Of a stretch of 64,000 nt of DNA, positions 39,451-49,503 are shown piece after piece. Positions within the stretch are counted from its first letter, which is position 1. Every line of letters starts with the position of its first letter. Below the pieces are notes generated by a model. The model had not been told where the DNA came from and searched no databases. It saw only the letters and a program-made list of their open reading frames with translations. The position numbers were made by a program, and so were the translations under genes. This DNA is from Promethearchaeota archaeon (GTDB lineage: Archaea; Asgardarchaeota; Lokiarchaeia; Sigyniarchaeales; SOKP01): contig JBHLMQ010000001.1 of assembly GCA_048938005.1 (NCBI GenBank), positions 128,001-192,000 of the forward strand, written 5' to 3'.

Positions 39451-40221
39451 TTGAGAAAACCAATAATTGGGGGGAATTGGAAAATGAACCGAGGAACCCC
39501 CGAAAAATGTAAAGAAATGTTAGAAAGTTTAATTCCACGTGTAGAGAGAATTAATACTGTTGATCTAGTTATTGCCCCACCTTTTACTGTTTTAATTGAT
39601 GCGTATATGATTTTAAAAGATACAAATATCAAATTAGGCGCTCAAAACATGTATTTTGAAGAGAAGGGAGCTTATACAGGTGAGATATCACCTAGATTTT
39701 TGAAAGAGGTTGGAGTTGAATACATAATTCTTGGTCATAGTGAAAGAAGAGATATTTTTAGAGAAACAGATGATATGATTAATAAAAAACTTAAAACAGC
39801 TTTAAATGTCAATTTAAAACCTATCGTTTGTATTGGAGAACATCTAGAAGAAAGAGAAGTAGGAAAAACAAAAGATATAATAGAATATCAAATGAATGAA
39901 ACATTTAAAGATCTCACAAAAGAGGAAATGCTAAAAACCATTATAGCATATGAGCCAATCTGGGCTATAGGAACCGGAAAAACTGCGACTCCTGAACAAG
40001 CAGAAGAGATTCATATTTTTATTCGAGAACTTTTAACTAAAAAATTTGATAAAGGGACTGCTGACTCATTAAGAATACAATATGGGGGTTCCATTAATCC
40101 AAAAAACGCAGAATACTTGTTTAATAAAACGAATATCGATGGTGGTTTGGTTGGAGGAGCTTCACTTCAGGTTGATTCTTTAGTTCAAATTATTAATGCT
40201 GCGGATAAATCAATTAAATAA
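39451..40221 (+). CDS. tpiA: Triosephosphate isomerase (bacterial/eukaryotic type)
   Basis: GNWKMN, GAYTGE, GHSERR, AYEPIWAIGTG, YGGS, GGLVGGASL; TTG start with GAGGT SD. Confidence 0.96.
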   Translation: MRKPIIGGNWKMNRGTPEKCKEMLESLIPRVERINTVDLVIAPPFTVLIDAYMILKDTNIKLGAQNMYFEEKGAYTGEISPRFLKEVGVEYIILGHSERRDIFRETDDMINKKLKTALNVNLKPIVCIGEHLEEREVGKTKDIIEYQMNETFKDLTKEEMLKTIIAYEPIWAIGTGKTATPEQAEEIHIFIRELLTKKFDKGTADSLRIQYGGSINPKNAEYLFNKTNIDGGLVGGASLQVDSLVQIINAADKSIK

Positions 40222-40270
40222 TTTCTTTTCTGATTTATTAGTGCCATATATTTTTGTTATTTATTTAAAC

Positions 40271-41140
40271 TTAGCCAAGAATTTTATTAAAAGCTGATGT
40301 GAGTTTAGCTGGAAACTCTCCAAAATAGCTCTGAGGATCTGCAAAAAGTAAGTAAAAGTAAGGTTCAAATAAGATATCCTCAACTGTTGGACCTACATCT
40401 GATTTAATAATACATACTTGAACTTGTTCATCTGAAAAGAAGGATTGTCGATATATCCAATCCAAGGGAGGGATCTCTGGAATATATCCAATATGTCTTA
40501 ATATGTGATAAACATTCTCTAATGAATATTTTTTACCATATGTTACTAAAGGTGATAAATCAAATGAAGTAATACAAATTCCCCAAAGCCCATAATCTTT
40601 CATTTCACTTAAAAAATCATTTGCTAAGCGTTTGATATTACTCTGATTTTTTGAGATTACTTTTTGTGCTTTTAAGTCTGTTAAAATGTCAATTATTTTA
40701 TCTTCTTCGGTGGTATAAACAGTATCTGCTGAATCAAGAGGTATTTTAGAATGTATAAAATTGTTATATATTAATTTTACCTTTTCTCGTACTGATTTAT
40801 GTAATAAGAAGGATTCTGTCTGTGCAGTAATTAATACATCTCCTTGAAATTTCATTTTTTTTGCTATGGATTTAGTTTCATTTCTTTCTTTTTTAGCCTT
40901 AAATTCAAGTACTTCTATTTTTTTATCGATATTTCGAGCAAATTCAAATAGCGCAGATATCAAACCTGCTGTAAGATCGAATTTTGAATCTAAATCTAAT
41001 TGATCTTGAATTGTAGCAGTATTTTTGGAAAAATCAAAGAATCTAAGAAAGATTTTCACACCTTCCGGGACAGGTTTAATTAATCTATTGAAATATGGAA
41101 ATCCGGTTGTAGAGATAATACTCAGTTCATAGATTGTCAT
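40271..41140 (-). CDS. Putative longin-like domain protein (two alpha/beta domains)
   Basis: IYELSIISTTGFPYF and LTAGLISALFEFARNIDKKIEVLEF resemble Asgard longin domains; second domain begins near GLWGICITSFDLSPL. Confidence 0.5.
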   Translation of the reverse strand: MTIYELSIISTTGFPYFNRLIKPVPEGVKIFLRFFDFSKNTATIQDQLDLDSKFDLTAGLISALFEFARNIDKKIEVLEFKAKKERNETKSIAKKMKFQGDVLITAQTESFLLHKSVREKVKLIYNNFIHSKIPLDSADTVYTTEEDKIIDILTDLKAQKVISKNQSNIKRLANDFLSEMKDYGLWGICITSFDLSPLVTYGKKYSLENVYHILRHIGYIPEIPPLDWIYRQSFFSDEQVQVCIIKSDVGPTVEDILFEPYFYLLFADPQSYFGEFPAKLTSAFNKILG

Positions 41141-41297
41141 TTATTGTTGAAATCAATATTTTTGTATTTAGAATTTAATTTAACGCATTTTTTATCTAAT
41201 TTTAATATATTTAAATTCATTATAAATTTTTTAATCTTAAGTTAATAAAATAAAGTAGAAAAGGAATTATTTGGTTGAAATTTGTCAAAAAGAATTA

Positions 41298-44078
41298 CTA
41301 AGAAATAACGATTGCTGGTTTACCTGGGAGTGCTAGAGCTGCTTTTTGTATATTTGTGTCTTTTTCGAAAATTATTTCTACTTTAGATTGGAATTTTTTC
41401 TCTAAAACAGATCTGATTTCATTAAAAAATAAATATTCATCCTCTAAACTGAGTGCAAATTTTGGATATTTTCCTACATTTTTCAATATTTTACTAACAA
41501 ATTGATTAATTAATTTTCCATGTTTTTTAAATTCATTATTTTGCATTAAATTCTTCATGATTTCTCCTTGATCCTTAGTCTTTTCTACTAAGGACATAAA
41601 TTCATTATAAAACTTCAATTTCCATGGATTAGCAATAATAATTAGGATTTTTTCTAGTGACTCTTTTTTCATTACTAATTTTATATTACCAATATCATCT
41701 AATATATTGTTCATTAGATTCCACTTATAATCAGATTCTAGTGTAAGGAGTTTATCATCGAAGGAAGGCCATGGGGTTAAACTCACATAGTATTTTTTGC
41801 CAATTATTTCCCAAACTTCTTCCGTCATATGAGGCGCTATCGGGTGAAGTAATAAAATAAGATTTTCCTTACATTCTTCGAAAATCTCTTTTTTGACACC
41901 TTCAATTTTATATTTGTTTAATTCCGATGTAAATTGGATAATATTATTGACTGCATTCCGTATCGCTAAATTATCCATATTTTCAGTAAATTCTTTAATT
42001 ATTTTATTTAAATAATATTTAATTAGTGTATCTCTAATAGTTGTAGATTTCCTCATGCTTTTAGGTGGTTCGGTTAATAATTGAAAAGTATTTTTTATAA
42101 ATCTAAAAGCATAATCTACACCTTCATTTGACCATTCTAATCCTGACTCGGGGCTTGCGCCGAATAAAATAAAAAATCTAGCAGCATCAGCTCCGTATTT
42201 AGTCATAATTCCAATAGGATCTACAGTATTACCAAGACTTTTACTCATTTTTACACTTTTTAAGATATATTCAGTTCCACATCTTTTACAATTTTTGTTA
42301 TTCATTTCTGCTTTAATAGCAAATGTTCCACACTTTTGACAGTAAGGATGAGTCTTATTTATCATTCCTTGAGTTAATAGACGTTGGAAAGGTTCATCAT
42401 ATGAATGAAGACCAAGATCTCTTGCAACTTTTGTAAAAAATCGAGCATAAAGTAAATGCATTATAGCATGTTCAATACCCCCTATGTATTGATTAACATT
42501 CATCCAGTAATTAACAATTTTTTTTCTATAAGGTAAATCTTTTGAGAAAGGATCAGCAAACCGAAAAAAGTACCAAGAGCTATCTACAAATGTATCCATA
42601 GTATCAGTTTCACGTTTACCTAACTTTCCACATTTAGGACACATAATATTTATAAAACTCTCACTTGTTTCCAATGGATTTCCTTTACCTGTGAATTGTA
42701 CATCTTTAGGTAGTAGAACAGGTAAACTTTCATAAGGAACTGGAACTGTTCCGCAATTCTTACAATAGATTATTGGTATGGGGCACCCCCAATAGCGTTG
42801 GCGGGAAATTAACCAATCTCTTAGTTTATAGTTGATTGTTGCTTCCCCCATGCCAACTTTTTCCAACTTTTCAGTAATCGCCTTAATGGCAGATCGATTT
42901 TCCATCCCATTAAATTCACCTGAGTTAATTAAAATACCGTCACCTTCATAAGATCTGGCCATTTTTTCCAATTTCAATTCATAATCAAATGGTTGTATTA
43001 CAATTCTAATGGGGATGTTATATTCTTTTGCAAATTCAAAGTCTCGTTGATCATGGGCAGGAACCGCCATAACAGCCCCAGCACCATATTCATAAATTAC
43101 AAAGTTCCCAATATAAATTGGAATTTCCTCGTTCGTCATTGGATTCAATGCATATCTACCGATAAATAAACCCTTTTTTTCAATATCAATGTCAGTTCTT
43201 TGAAACCTATCCTGTTTCATCACTTCATTATATAATTTCTCAAATTTAATTTCATATTCAGTCCCTCTTACCCATTCTCTAACCCATGGATGTTCAGGGG
43301 CGAACACCATGAATGTTGCACCATAAAGGGTATCTGGTCTTGTAGTGAAAATATCTATGCTTCTACTTTCACCCATAATAGGAAATCGAATAATACTTCC
43401 TTCAGAACGACCAATCCAATTTCGTTGCATAACTTTAACTTTTTCTGGCCAATCCAATTCGTTTAAGCCGTTCAGTAATTCTTCCGCATATGCCCTAATA
43501 TTTAAGAACCATTGAGTTAAGAATTTTTGTTCTACCTCTTCATTACAGCGCCAACATCTACCCCCCAATACTTGCTCATTTGCCAATACTGTATTACATT
43601 TAGGACACCAATTAACATAACTCTTTTCTCGATAAGCAAGCCTTTTCTCAAAAAATTTTAGAAAGAGCCACTGGTCCCATTTATAATAATTTATAGAATG
43701 GCTATAAATAAGGCGAGTCCAATCATAAGAAAGGCCAATACGTTTCTGCTGTTTAATTATTTCTTTTATATTCGCATCTGTCCATTCCTCGGGATTTGCA
43801 CCATGATCTATAGCAGCATTTTCAGCTGGTAATCCAAAGGAATCATAACCCATAGGATAAAGTACATTGAAACCTGACATTCGTTTATATCGTGCAAATG
43901 AGTCCCCTATTGAATAATTACGAAGATGTCCCATATGAAGTGCTGATGAAGGATATGGATACATTTCTAATACATAATACTTTTTTTTCTTCGGATTTTC
44001 TTTGACTTCAAAAATTCTATCCTTTTCCCACTTTTCTTGCCATTTCTTTTCTATTTTTTGCGGATCGTAATCAACCAT
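41298..44078 (-). CDS. leuS: Leucine--tRNA ligase (bacterial-type core, archaeal-type C-terminus)
   Basis: YYVLEMYPYPS.ALHMGH, FGLPAENAA, FTTRPDT, AVPAHDQRD, RDWLISRQRYWG, RETDTMDTF, KMSKS; ends ALPGKPAIVIS. Confidence 0.96.
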   Translation of the reverse strand: MVDYDPQKIEKKWQEKWEKDRIFEVKENPKKKKYYVLEMYPYPSSALHMGHLRNYSIGDSFARYKRMSGFNVLYPMGYDSFGLPAENAAIDHGANPEEWTDANIKEIIKQQKRIGLSYDWTRLIYSHSINYYKWDQWLFLKFFEKRLAYREKSYVNWCPKCNTVLANEQVLGGRCWRCNEEVEQKFLTQWFLNIRAYAEELLNGLNELDWPEKVKVMQRNWIGRSEGSIIRFPIMGESRSIDIFTTRPDTLYGATFMVFAPEHPWVREWVRGTEYEIKFEKLYNEVMKQDRFQRTDIDIEKKGLFIGRYALNPMTNEEIPIYIGNFVIYEYGAGAVMAVPAHDQRDFEFAKEYNIPIRIVIQPFDYELKLEKMARSYEGDGILINSGEFNGMENRSAIKAITEKLEKVGMGEATINYKLRDWLISRQRYWGCPIPIIYCKNCGTVPVPYESLPVLLPKDVQFTGKGNPLETSESFINIMCPKCGKLGKRETDTMDTFVDSSWYFFRFADPFSKDLPYRKKIVNYWMNVNQYIGGIEHAIMHLLYARFFTKVARDLGLHSYDEPFQRLLTQGMINKTHPYCQKCGTFAIKAEMNNKNCKRCGTEYILKSVKMSKSLGNTVDPIGIMTKYGADAARFFILFGASPESGLEWSNEGVDYAFRFIKNTFQLLTEPPKSMRKSTTIRDTLIKYYLNKIIKEFTENMDNLAIRNAVNNIIQFTSELNKYKIEGVKKEIFEECKENLILLLHPIAPHMTEEVWEIIGKKYYVSLTPWPSFDDKLLTLESDYKWNLMNNILDDIGNIKLVMKKESLEKILIIIANPWKLKFYNEFMSLVEKTKDQGEIMKNLMQNNEFKKHGKLINQFVSKILKNVGKYPKFALSLEDEYLFFNEIRSVLEKKFQSKVEIIFEKDTNIQKAALALPGKPAIVIS

Positions 44079-44279
44079 AAGATTATAACACTTTATATGA
44101 AATTTAAGGATAAATATCGTATTTAATATTTTAATAATCGATTCAATAAATTTCTTTTGTAGATATTAACGTACGCAATAAGTATTCGATTTCTATAAAA
44201 AATCTTTAATTAATTTATTTTTAAAAATTTATAAAGTGAAGCAATAAAACTTAATTTTATTTATTTACTAGGGAGATTA

Positions 44280-45281
44280 GTGACAATAGAAAAAATAAGA
44301 GTATCTGTTGGAAGCGCTTCTGTTTTAGGATTAGGTTCTTTGCCACAATTTGAAATCCCCCCGACTACATGCTATATTATGACATTTAAGGAGGGATATT
44401 GTTTAGCAAATTGTGGTTTTTGTCCTCAAGCTCGATCATCTAAGAGTTCAATAGAAAAGCTGTCTCGAATTAATTGGCCAATATTTTTATTTAAAGATTT
44501 TCTAACAAAATTAAAATATTTGCCTTTTTCAAGGAAATTTAGTAGATTATGCATTCAAACACTCAATTATCCAGAAAATTTTGGCGATTTGATAGAGATT
44601 GTAACACAAATTAGGACACATACTAATATACCTATATCTGTTGCCATTCCGCCTTTATCAAAAGAAAAATTAAGAGAGTTAAAATTGAAAGGAGTTCAAA
44701 GAGTAGGAATTGCATTAGATGGTGCGACATCTGAGATTTTTGATAAGATTAAAGGCAGAAACGTTGGAGGTCCCTATACATGGGAGGAACATTTTCAAAA
44801 GTTGAGGGAAGCATTAGAAATTTTTTCATCTGGTTTTGTAAGTACTCATATAATAATTGGATTAGGAGAAACAGAAAGAGAAGTTATTGAACGTGTAGAA
44901 GAGCTACATAATTTAAATATTCTTGTATCATTATTTGCATTTATGCCTATTAAAGGTACAAGATTTGAAAAAATAACCCAACCGACAATTATAAGTTTTA
45001 GGAAATTGCAGTTAGGGAGGTTTCTTATTATTAATAATGAAAAAAATTCAAAAGATTTTACTTTTAATAGAATAGGTGAAATTGTAAATATTAATATTAG
45101 TAAAAAAGAATTAAAAATGATAATTAACAACACAAATGCTTTCTTAACTTCTGGATGTCCTGGTTGTAATCGTCCTTATTATACTTCTAAACCATCTGGT
45201 CCTATTTATAATTATCCACGAGTGTTAACTGAAATTGAAAAAACCGAAATTTTTGATTTATTAAATAAATTTGTATATTAA
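44280..45281 (+). CDS. lipS2: Radical SAM lipoyl synthase component LipS2
   Basis: CxxxCxxC (CLANCGFC) and C-terminal TSGCPGCNRP, the TxGCPxC(N/D)RP motif of LipS2; adjacent to lplA. Confidence 0.82.
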   Translation: MTIEKIRVSVGSASVLGLGSLPQFEIPPTTCYIMTFKEGYCLANCGFCPQARSSKSSIEKLSRINWPIFLFKDFLTKLKYLPFSRKFSRLCIQTLNYPENFGDLIEIVTQIRTHTNIPISVAIPPLSKEKLRELKLKGVQRVGIALDGATSEIFDKIKGRNVGGPYTWEEHFQKLREALEIFSSGFVSTHIIIGLGETEREVIERVEELHNLNILVSLFAFMPIKGTRFEKITQPTIISFRKLQLGRFLIINNEKNSKDFTFNRIGEIVNINISKKELKMIINNTNAFLTSGCPGCNRPYYTSKPSGPIYNYPRVLTEIEKTEIFDLLNKFVY

Positions 45282-45298
45282 CATTTAGATAAGAAAAA

Positions 45299-46078
45299 AT
45301 GAATGTGTGGCGATTTTTACCATTGGAAATCAAAAGTGGGTTTTGGAATATGGGTTTAGATGAAGCTATTTTAAAAATGGCTATAGAGAAGAAATCGCCA
45401 AATACCTTAAGGTTTTATAAGTGGAAGCCTTCTACTGCTAGTATCGGGAGAAATCAGAGTTTATCCAATGAAATTGATGTTAAATTCGCAAAAGATAAAG
45501 GATTTAATATTGTAAGACGGATTACCGGAGGGGGAGCTGTTTTTCACGATGAAAAGAGAGAAATAACCTATTCAATTGTATGCCCTATCAAATTTCTTGA
45601 GAAATTAGGTGCTAACAAGGTATTAGAACAGTTTGAGATTATTACTCAAGGAATAATTAAGGGTTTAATGATTTTTGGTTTAAAACCAGAGAAAGATGTT
45701 ATTCATTGTCCTGCTATTCTAATAAATGGAAAAAAATTTTCTGGGAATGCACAAATCCGAAAGAAGGGATACATTCTCCAGCATGGAACAATTTTATTAG
45801 ATATTGACCCTGAATTGATGTATTCATTGTTAAAAGCTCCTGAAAATGTCGAGAAATCTAAGATGGTCAGATCTGTTCGTGCTAAATGCATAGGAATTAA
45901 AAACTATATACAAAATTATGAGGAAAGAAAACTAATTTTTTCATTAAAGCGTGGATTCGAAGTAGCATTAAATATAGAATTAACAGAGGGAATTATTTCA
46001 GAAGAAGAGAGAGAATTAGCGGAAAGGTTAGTAAGAGAGAAATATTCAAATTTGGAATGGTTACAAAAATATGAATAA
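45299..46078 (+). CDS. lplA: Lipoate/octanoate-protein ligase catalytic domain (LplA-N/LipM-like)
   Basis: NMGLDEA, SIGRNQ, RRITGGGAVFHD, KKFSGNAQ, QHGTIL. Confidence 0.88.
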   Translation: MNVWRFLPLEIKSGFWNMGLDEAILKMAIEKKSPNTLRFYKWKPSTASIGRNQSLSNEIDVKFAKDKGFNIVRRITGGGAVFHDEKREITYSIVCPIKFLEKLGANKVLEQFEIITQGIIKGLMIFGLKPEKDVIHCPAILINGKKFSGNAQIRKKGYILQHGTILLDIDPELMYSLLKAPENVEKSKMVRSVRAKCIGIKNYIQNYEERKLIFSLKRGFEVALNIELTEGIISEEERELAERLVREKYSNLEWLQKYE

Positions 46079-47126
46079 AACTCAATCAATAATGAAAAAA
46101 ATTAGAGCTGGAACAGCATCATGGTTAGATTTTAAGACAATTTTAAACCTTGATTCGAAAGATTTGGAATTAATATTAAATCTAGCTCAGGATATTACTC
46201 AAAAAAATTTTGGTAATATTTTAAAAATATATAATCCTACTAACAGATTTCCTGCGATTAGTATAACGGGTAGTGAATGTGCCTTAGAGTGTGAACATTG
46301 CAATAGGAAATACTTGAAAGGAATGAAAGCAATATTAGAAAATAAAGATTTAGAACAATTTTTGTTTGAACTTCATAAAAAAAATGGAGTAGGTGCATTA
46401 ATATCCGGGGGTAGTAAGCTTGATGGCTCTGTCCCTTTATTAGAGTATTTGGATACCATCAAAAAAGTCAAGAGAGAAACAAATTTAATTATAAATACTC
46501 ATACAGGTTTATTAAATGAAGAAACTGCAGTGAAACTTGCTGATGCTAATGTGGATATAATATCATTTGATATAAATGTGGATGAACAAGTTATACGAAA
46601 TATTTATCATTTGGATGTCGAACTAAATGAATACAAAAGAGCTATTGATTTATTGAAAAAATATGAATTAAATATTGTTCCACATATTTGTATTGGATTG
46701 TATTATGGCAAACTCAATAAAGAATTAGAATCGATTAGATTTATTAAAGAAACTGAAATAAATCCATCATTGTTAGTTGTGATTATCTTAATTCCTCCTA
46801 AAGATTCGAAGGTAAAATTTGAAATGCCTAAACCAGAAAGTATAGCAAAAGTTATCGCAATTTTAAGATTTGCTTTTCCCAAAACAGAAATTTCTTTAGG
46901 ATGTATGAGACCACGTGGAAAGATTAAAAATGAGATTGAAAAATTCGCAATTAGGGCGGGTGTAACAAGGATCGAAATTCCATCTAAAGATACATTAATG
47001 TGGTTAAAAAAGAACAATAAAAAAATCCAATTCAAATATTTTTCTGCTTGTTGTGCAATTCCTAAAAAATTTGAAAAATTAGCCGAAAGTAAAGAATTGG
47101 ATATTAAAAGATATATAAATATCTAA
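46071..47126 (+). CDS. lipS1: Radical SAM lipoyl synthase component LipS1
   Basis: CALECEHC, LISGG, VPHICIGL, LGCMRP and C-terminal CC, the GC(M/A)R and CC motifs of LipS1. Confidence 0.82.
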   Translation: MNKTQSIMKKIRAGTASWLDFKTILNLDSKDLELILNLAQDITQKNFGNILKIYNPTNRFPAISITGSECALECEHCNRKYLKGMKAILENKDLEQFLFELHKKNGVGALISGGSKLDGSVPLLEYLDTIKKVKRETNLIINTHTGLLNEETAVKLADANVDIISFDINVDEQVIRNIYHLDVELNEYKRAIDLLKKYELNIVPHICIGLYYGKLNKELESIRFIKETEINPSLLVVIILIPPKDSKVKFEMPKPESIAKVIAILRFAFPKTEISLGCMRPRGKIKNEIEKFAIRAGVTRIEIPSKDTLMWLKKNNKKIQFKYFSACCAIPKKFEKLAESKELDIKRYINI

Positions 47127-47138
47127 AGCGGATTTGTT

Positions 47139-48551
47139 ATGAAAATTAAAAATGAGATAAAAATTATAGGGTTAAAAGAAATTCCATTAATTAAAAAAGG
47201 AGATAGCATCCCTGAAATTATAATCAATGCTTTAAATATAAATAGAATCTCTTTAGAAGATGGAGATATAATTGTCATTGCTCAAACAATAGTTTCTAAA
47301 AGTAATGGTAGAACCAGAAATTTAAATGATATCACACCAAGTGAGAAAGCTCTTGAGTTATACAAAAATATTAATCCTAAAGTAAAAAGTCAAGGATTGC
47401 CAGAAAAAAATCCTAAATTAATAGAGGCAATTTTAGATGAATCCAAGGAGATTATAAAATCTGAACACGTCTTAATAACTGAAACTAAACATGGGTTTAT
47501 TTGCGCTAATGCTGGTGTGGATAAGTCTAATATTGAGGGTGAGGGAATAGTTATTTTGTTACCAGAAAATCCAGATAAAGAAGCTGAGAAAATTAGAACT
47601 ACCATTAAACATAAAACCAATAAAGAAATTGCAATTATTATTTCGGATTCATTTGGTAGAGCTTTTAGGGTAGGAGCAGTTGGAACTGCTATTGGAGTTT
47701 CAGGGATAGATCCCATTCTAGATTTACGAGGTAAGAAAGATTTATTCGGATATGAACTCCAAACTACTGTTATGGGTCAAGTAGATAGTCTTGCTGCTGC
47801 AGCACAGTTAATTATGGGAGAATCAGATGAAGGGATTCCAATTGTAATAATAAGAGGTTATAAGTTCAAATTTAATGAGAAGGTAACAATTAAATCCATT
47901 TTAAGAAAGAAGGAAATTGATTTGTTTAGAGAATCAGTAGATAATAGATTATTAAAAATTCTTAAAAATCGAAGAAGTTACAAATTACCTTTTGCAATAA
48001 AAAATGTAGATAAAAAAACTATTGAAGAATGCATTGAAATCGCACGTTGGGCTCCAAGTGCTCATAATGGACAATATTGGAGGTATATAATATTGGAGAG
48101 AGGAAAGCAACGTGGAAGTTTAATAGATAAAATGAATGAGAAATTAGTATCTGATTTACAAAAGAATGGAAATTCTGAGGAAATTATTAAAAAAAAAGTA
48201 GAAAGAACGAGAAATAATTTCTTAGAAGCACCAGTTTTAATTTTATTATGTTTAGATACAGTAGATTTAGAAAAGTATCCGGACAATGAAAGAACACAAA
48301 ATGAGTTCCTTTTGGGTATTCAAAGTATTAGTTGCTCAGCAATATATCTGCTCCTTGCTATTGAAATGAAAAAATTAGCCGCATGCTGGTATTGTGCTCC
48401 ACTCTTTGCAAAAGAGATTATAAAGGAAGAATTGAAACTTCCTGAATCCTACATTCCTATAGCTTTTTTTACAGTGGGTTATCCTATTAAAACTCCAAAA
48501 GCTCCAAATCGTAAAGAATTGAAAGAAATAATATATGAACCTAGTGTTTAA
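47139..48551 (+). CDS. cofE: F420-0:gamma-glutamyl ligase CofE fused to a nitroreductase domain (FbiB architecture)
   Basis: IVSKSNG, CANAGVDKSN, IISDSFGRAFR, DLRGKKDLFG; then RRSYK and WAPSAHNGQYWR nitroreductase domain. Confidence 0.92.
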   Translation: MKIKNEIKIIGLKEIPLIKKGDSIPEIIINALNINRISLEDGDIIVIAQTIVSKSNGRTRNLNDITPSEKALELYKNINPKVKSQGLPEKNPKLIEAILDESKEIIKSEHVLITETKHGFICANAGVDKSNIEGEGIVILLPENPDKEAEKIRTTIKHKTNKEIAIIISDSFGRAFRVGAVGTAIGVSGIDPILDLRGKKDLFGYELQTTVMGQVDSLAAAAQLIMGESDEGIPIVIIRGYKFKFNEKVTIKSILRKKEIDLFRESVDNRLLKILKNRRSYKLPFAIKNVDKKTIEECIEIARWAPSAHNGQYWRYIILERGKQRGSLIDKMNEKLVSDLQKNGNSEEIIKKKVERTRNNFLEAPVLILLCLDTVDLEKYPDNERTQNEFLLGIQSISCSAIYLLLAIEMKKLAACWYCAPLFAKEIIKEELKLPESYIPIAFFTVGYPIKTPKAPNRKELKEIIYEPSV

Positions 48552-48563
48552 GGGAACAAAATT

Positions 48564-49493
48564 ATGAGTGAAAATTATTATGTAGTATTAGCTGGAGGTG
48601 TTGGAGCAGCAAAATTTATTGATGGATTGGTTCAAATTATTAAACCAGAATTGCTCAAGATTATTGTAAATACAGGTGATGATATTGACTTATTTGGACT
48701 TAAAATTTGTCCTGATTTGGATATAATAACTTACACATTGGCAAATTTAATCGATAAAGAAAAAGGATGGGGGTTCGCTGAAGAAACTTATAATTGTTTA
48801 AATGTTTTGAAAAAATTTTATGACACAGGATGGTTTAATGCTGGTGATAAGGATTTAGCTACTCATATTTATCGTACTGATTTATTTAAACAAGGTTTTA
48901 ATAAAGCAGAGATAACAAACTTAATATGTCAAAATTTAGGAGTAAAATCTCATCTTATTCCAATGTGTAATGAATCAGTTGAAACCTTTATTACAACTCC
49001 TTCAAAAATAATGCATTTCGAAGAATATTTTATAAAGTATCAATGTAAACCAAAAGTTTTAAATATCGAATTTAAAGGCATAGAGAATGCAGTACCAATT
49101 AAAGGCGTATTACAATTTATAGAAAAAGCTAAAAAAATAATAGTCTGTCCATCCAATCCAATTGTATCAATAGGAACTATCCTTCAAGTAAAAGGAATTA
49201 AAGAGGCACTTACAAAAGTTAGAGAAAAAGTTTTTGGAATAAGTCCAATCATAGAAGGGGCACCAGTGAAAGGTCCAGCAGATAAATTGATGAAATTTGT
49301 AGGCGTAGAGGTCTCATGTGTGGGTATTGCAAGGTTTTATAAAGAATTTCTGGGACATTTTATTATAGATAATAAAGATTGCTTCTTAAAACCTAAAATT
49401 GAAAAATTAGGAATTGAGACTTATTGCTATGATACTCTCATGGTAAATCTAAAAAAAAAGATAAAATTAGCTCAATATATAATAAATTTATAA
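48564..49493 (+). CDS. cofD: 2-phospho-L-lactate/PEP transferase CofD (FbiA)
   Basis: LAGGVGAAKF, VNTGDD, CPDLD, GDKDLATH, HFEEYF, PSNPIVSI, VKGPADKLM. Confidence 0.94.
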   Translation: MSENYYVVLAGGVGAAKFIDGLVQIIKPELLKIIVNTGDDIDLFGLKICPDLDIITYTLANLIDKEKGWGFAEETYNCLNVLKKFYDTGWFNAGDKDLATHIYRTDLFKQGFNKAEITNLICQNLGVKSHLIPMCNESVETFITTPSKIMHFEEYFIKYQCKPKVLNIEFKGIENAVPIKGVLQFIEKAKKIIVCPSNPIVSIGTILQVKGIKEALTKVREKVFGISPIIEGAPVKGPADKLMKFVGVEVSCVGIARFYKEFLGHFIIDNKDCFLKPKIEKLGIETYCYDTLMVNLKKKIKLAQYIINL

Positions 49494-49503
49494 TCAATAA
49501 CAT

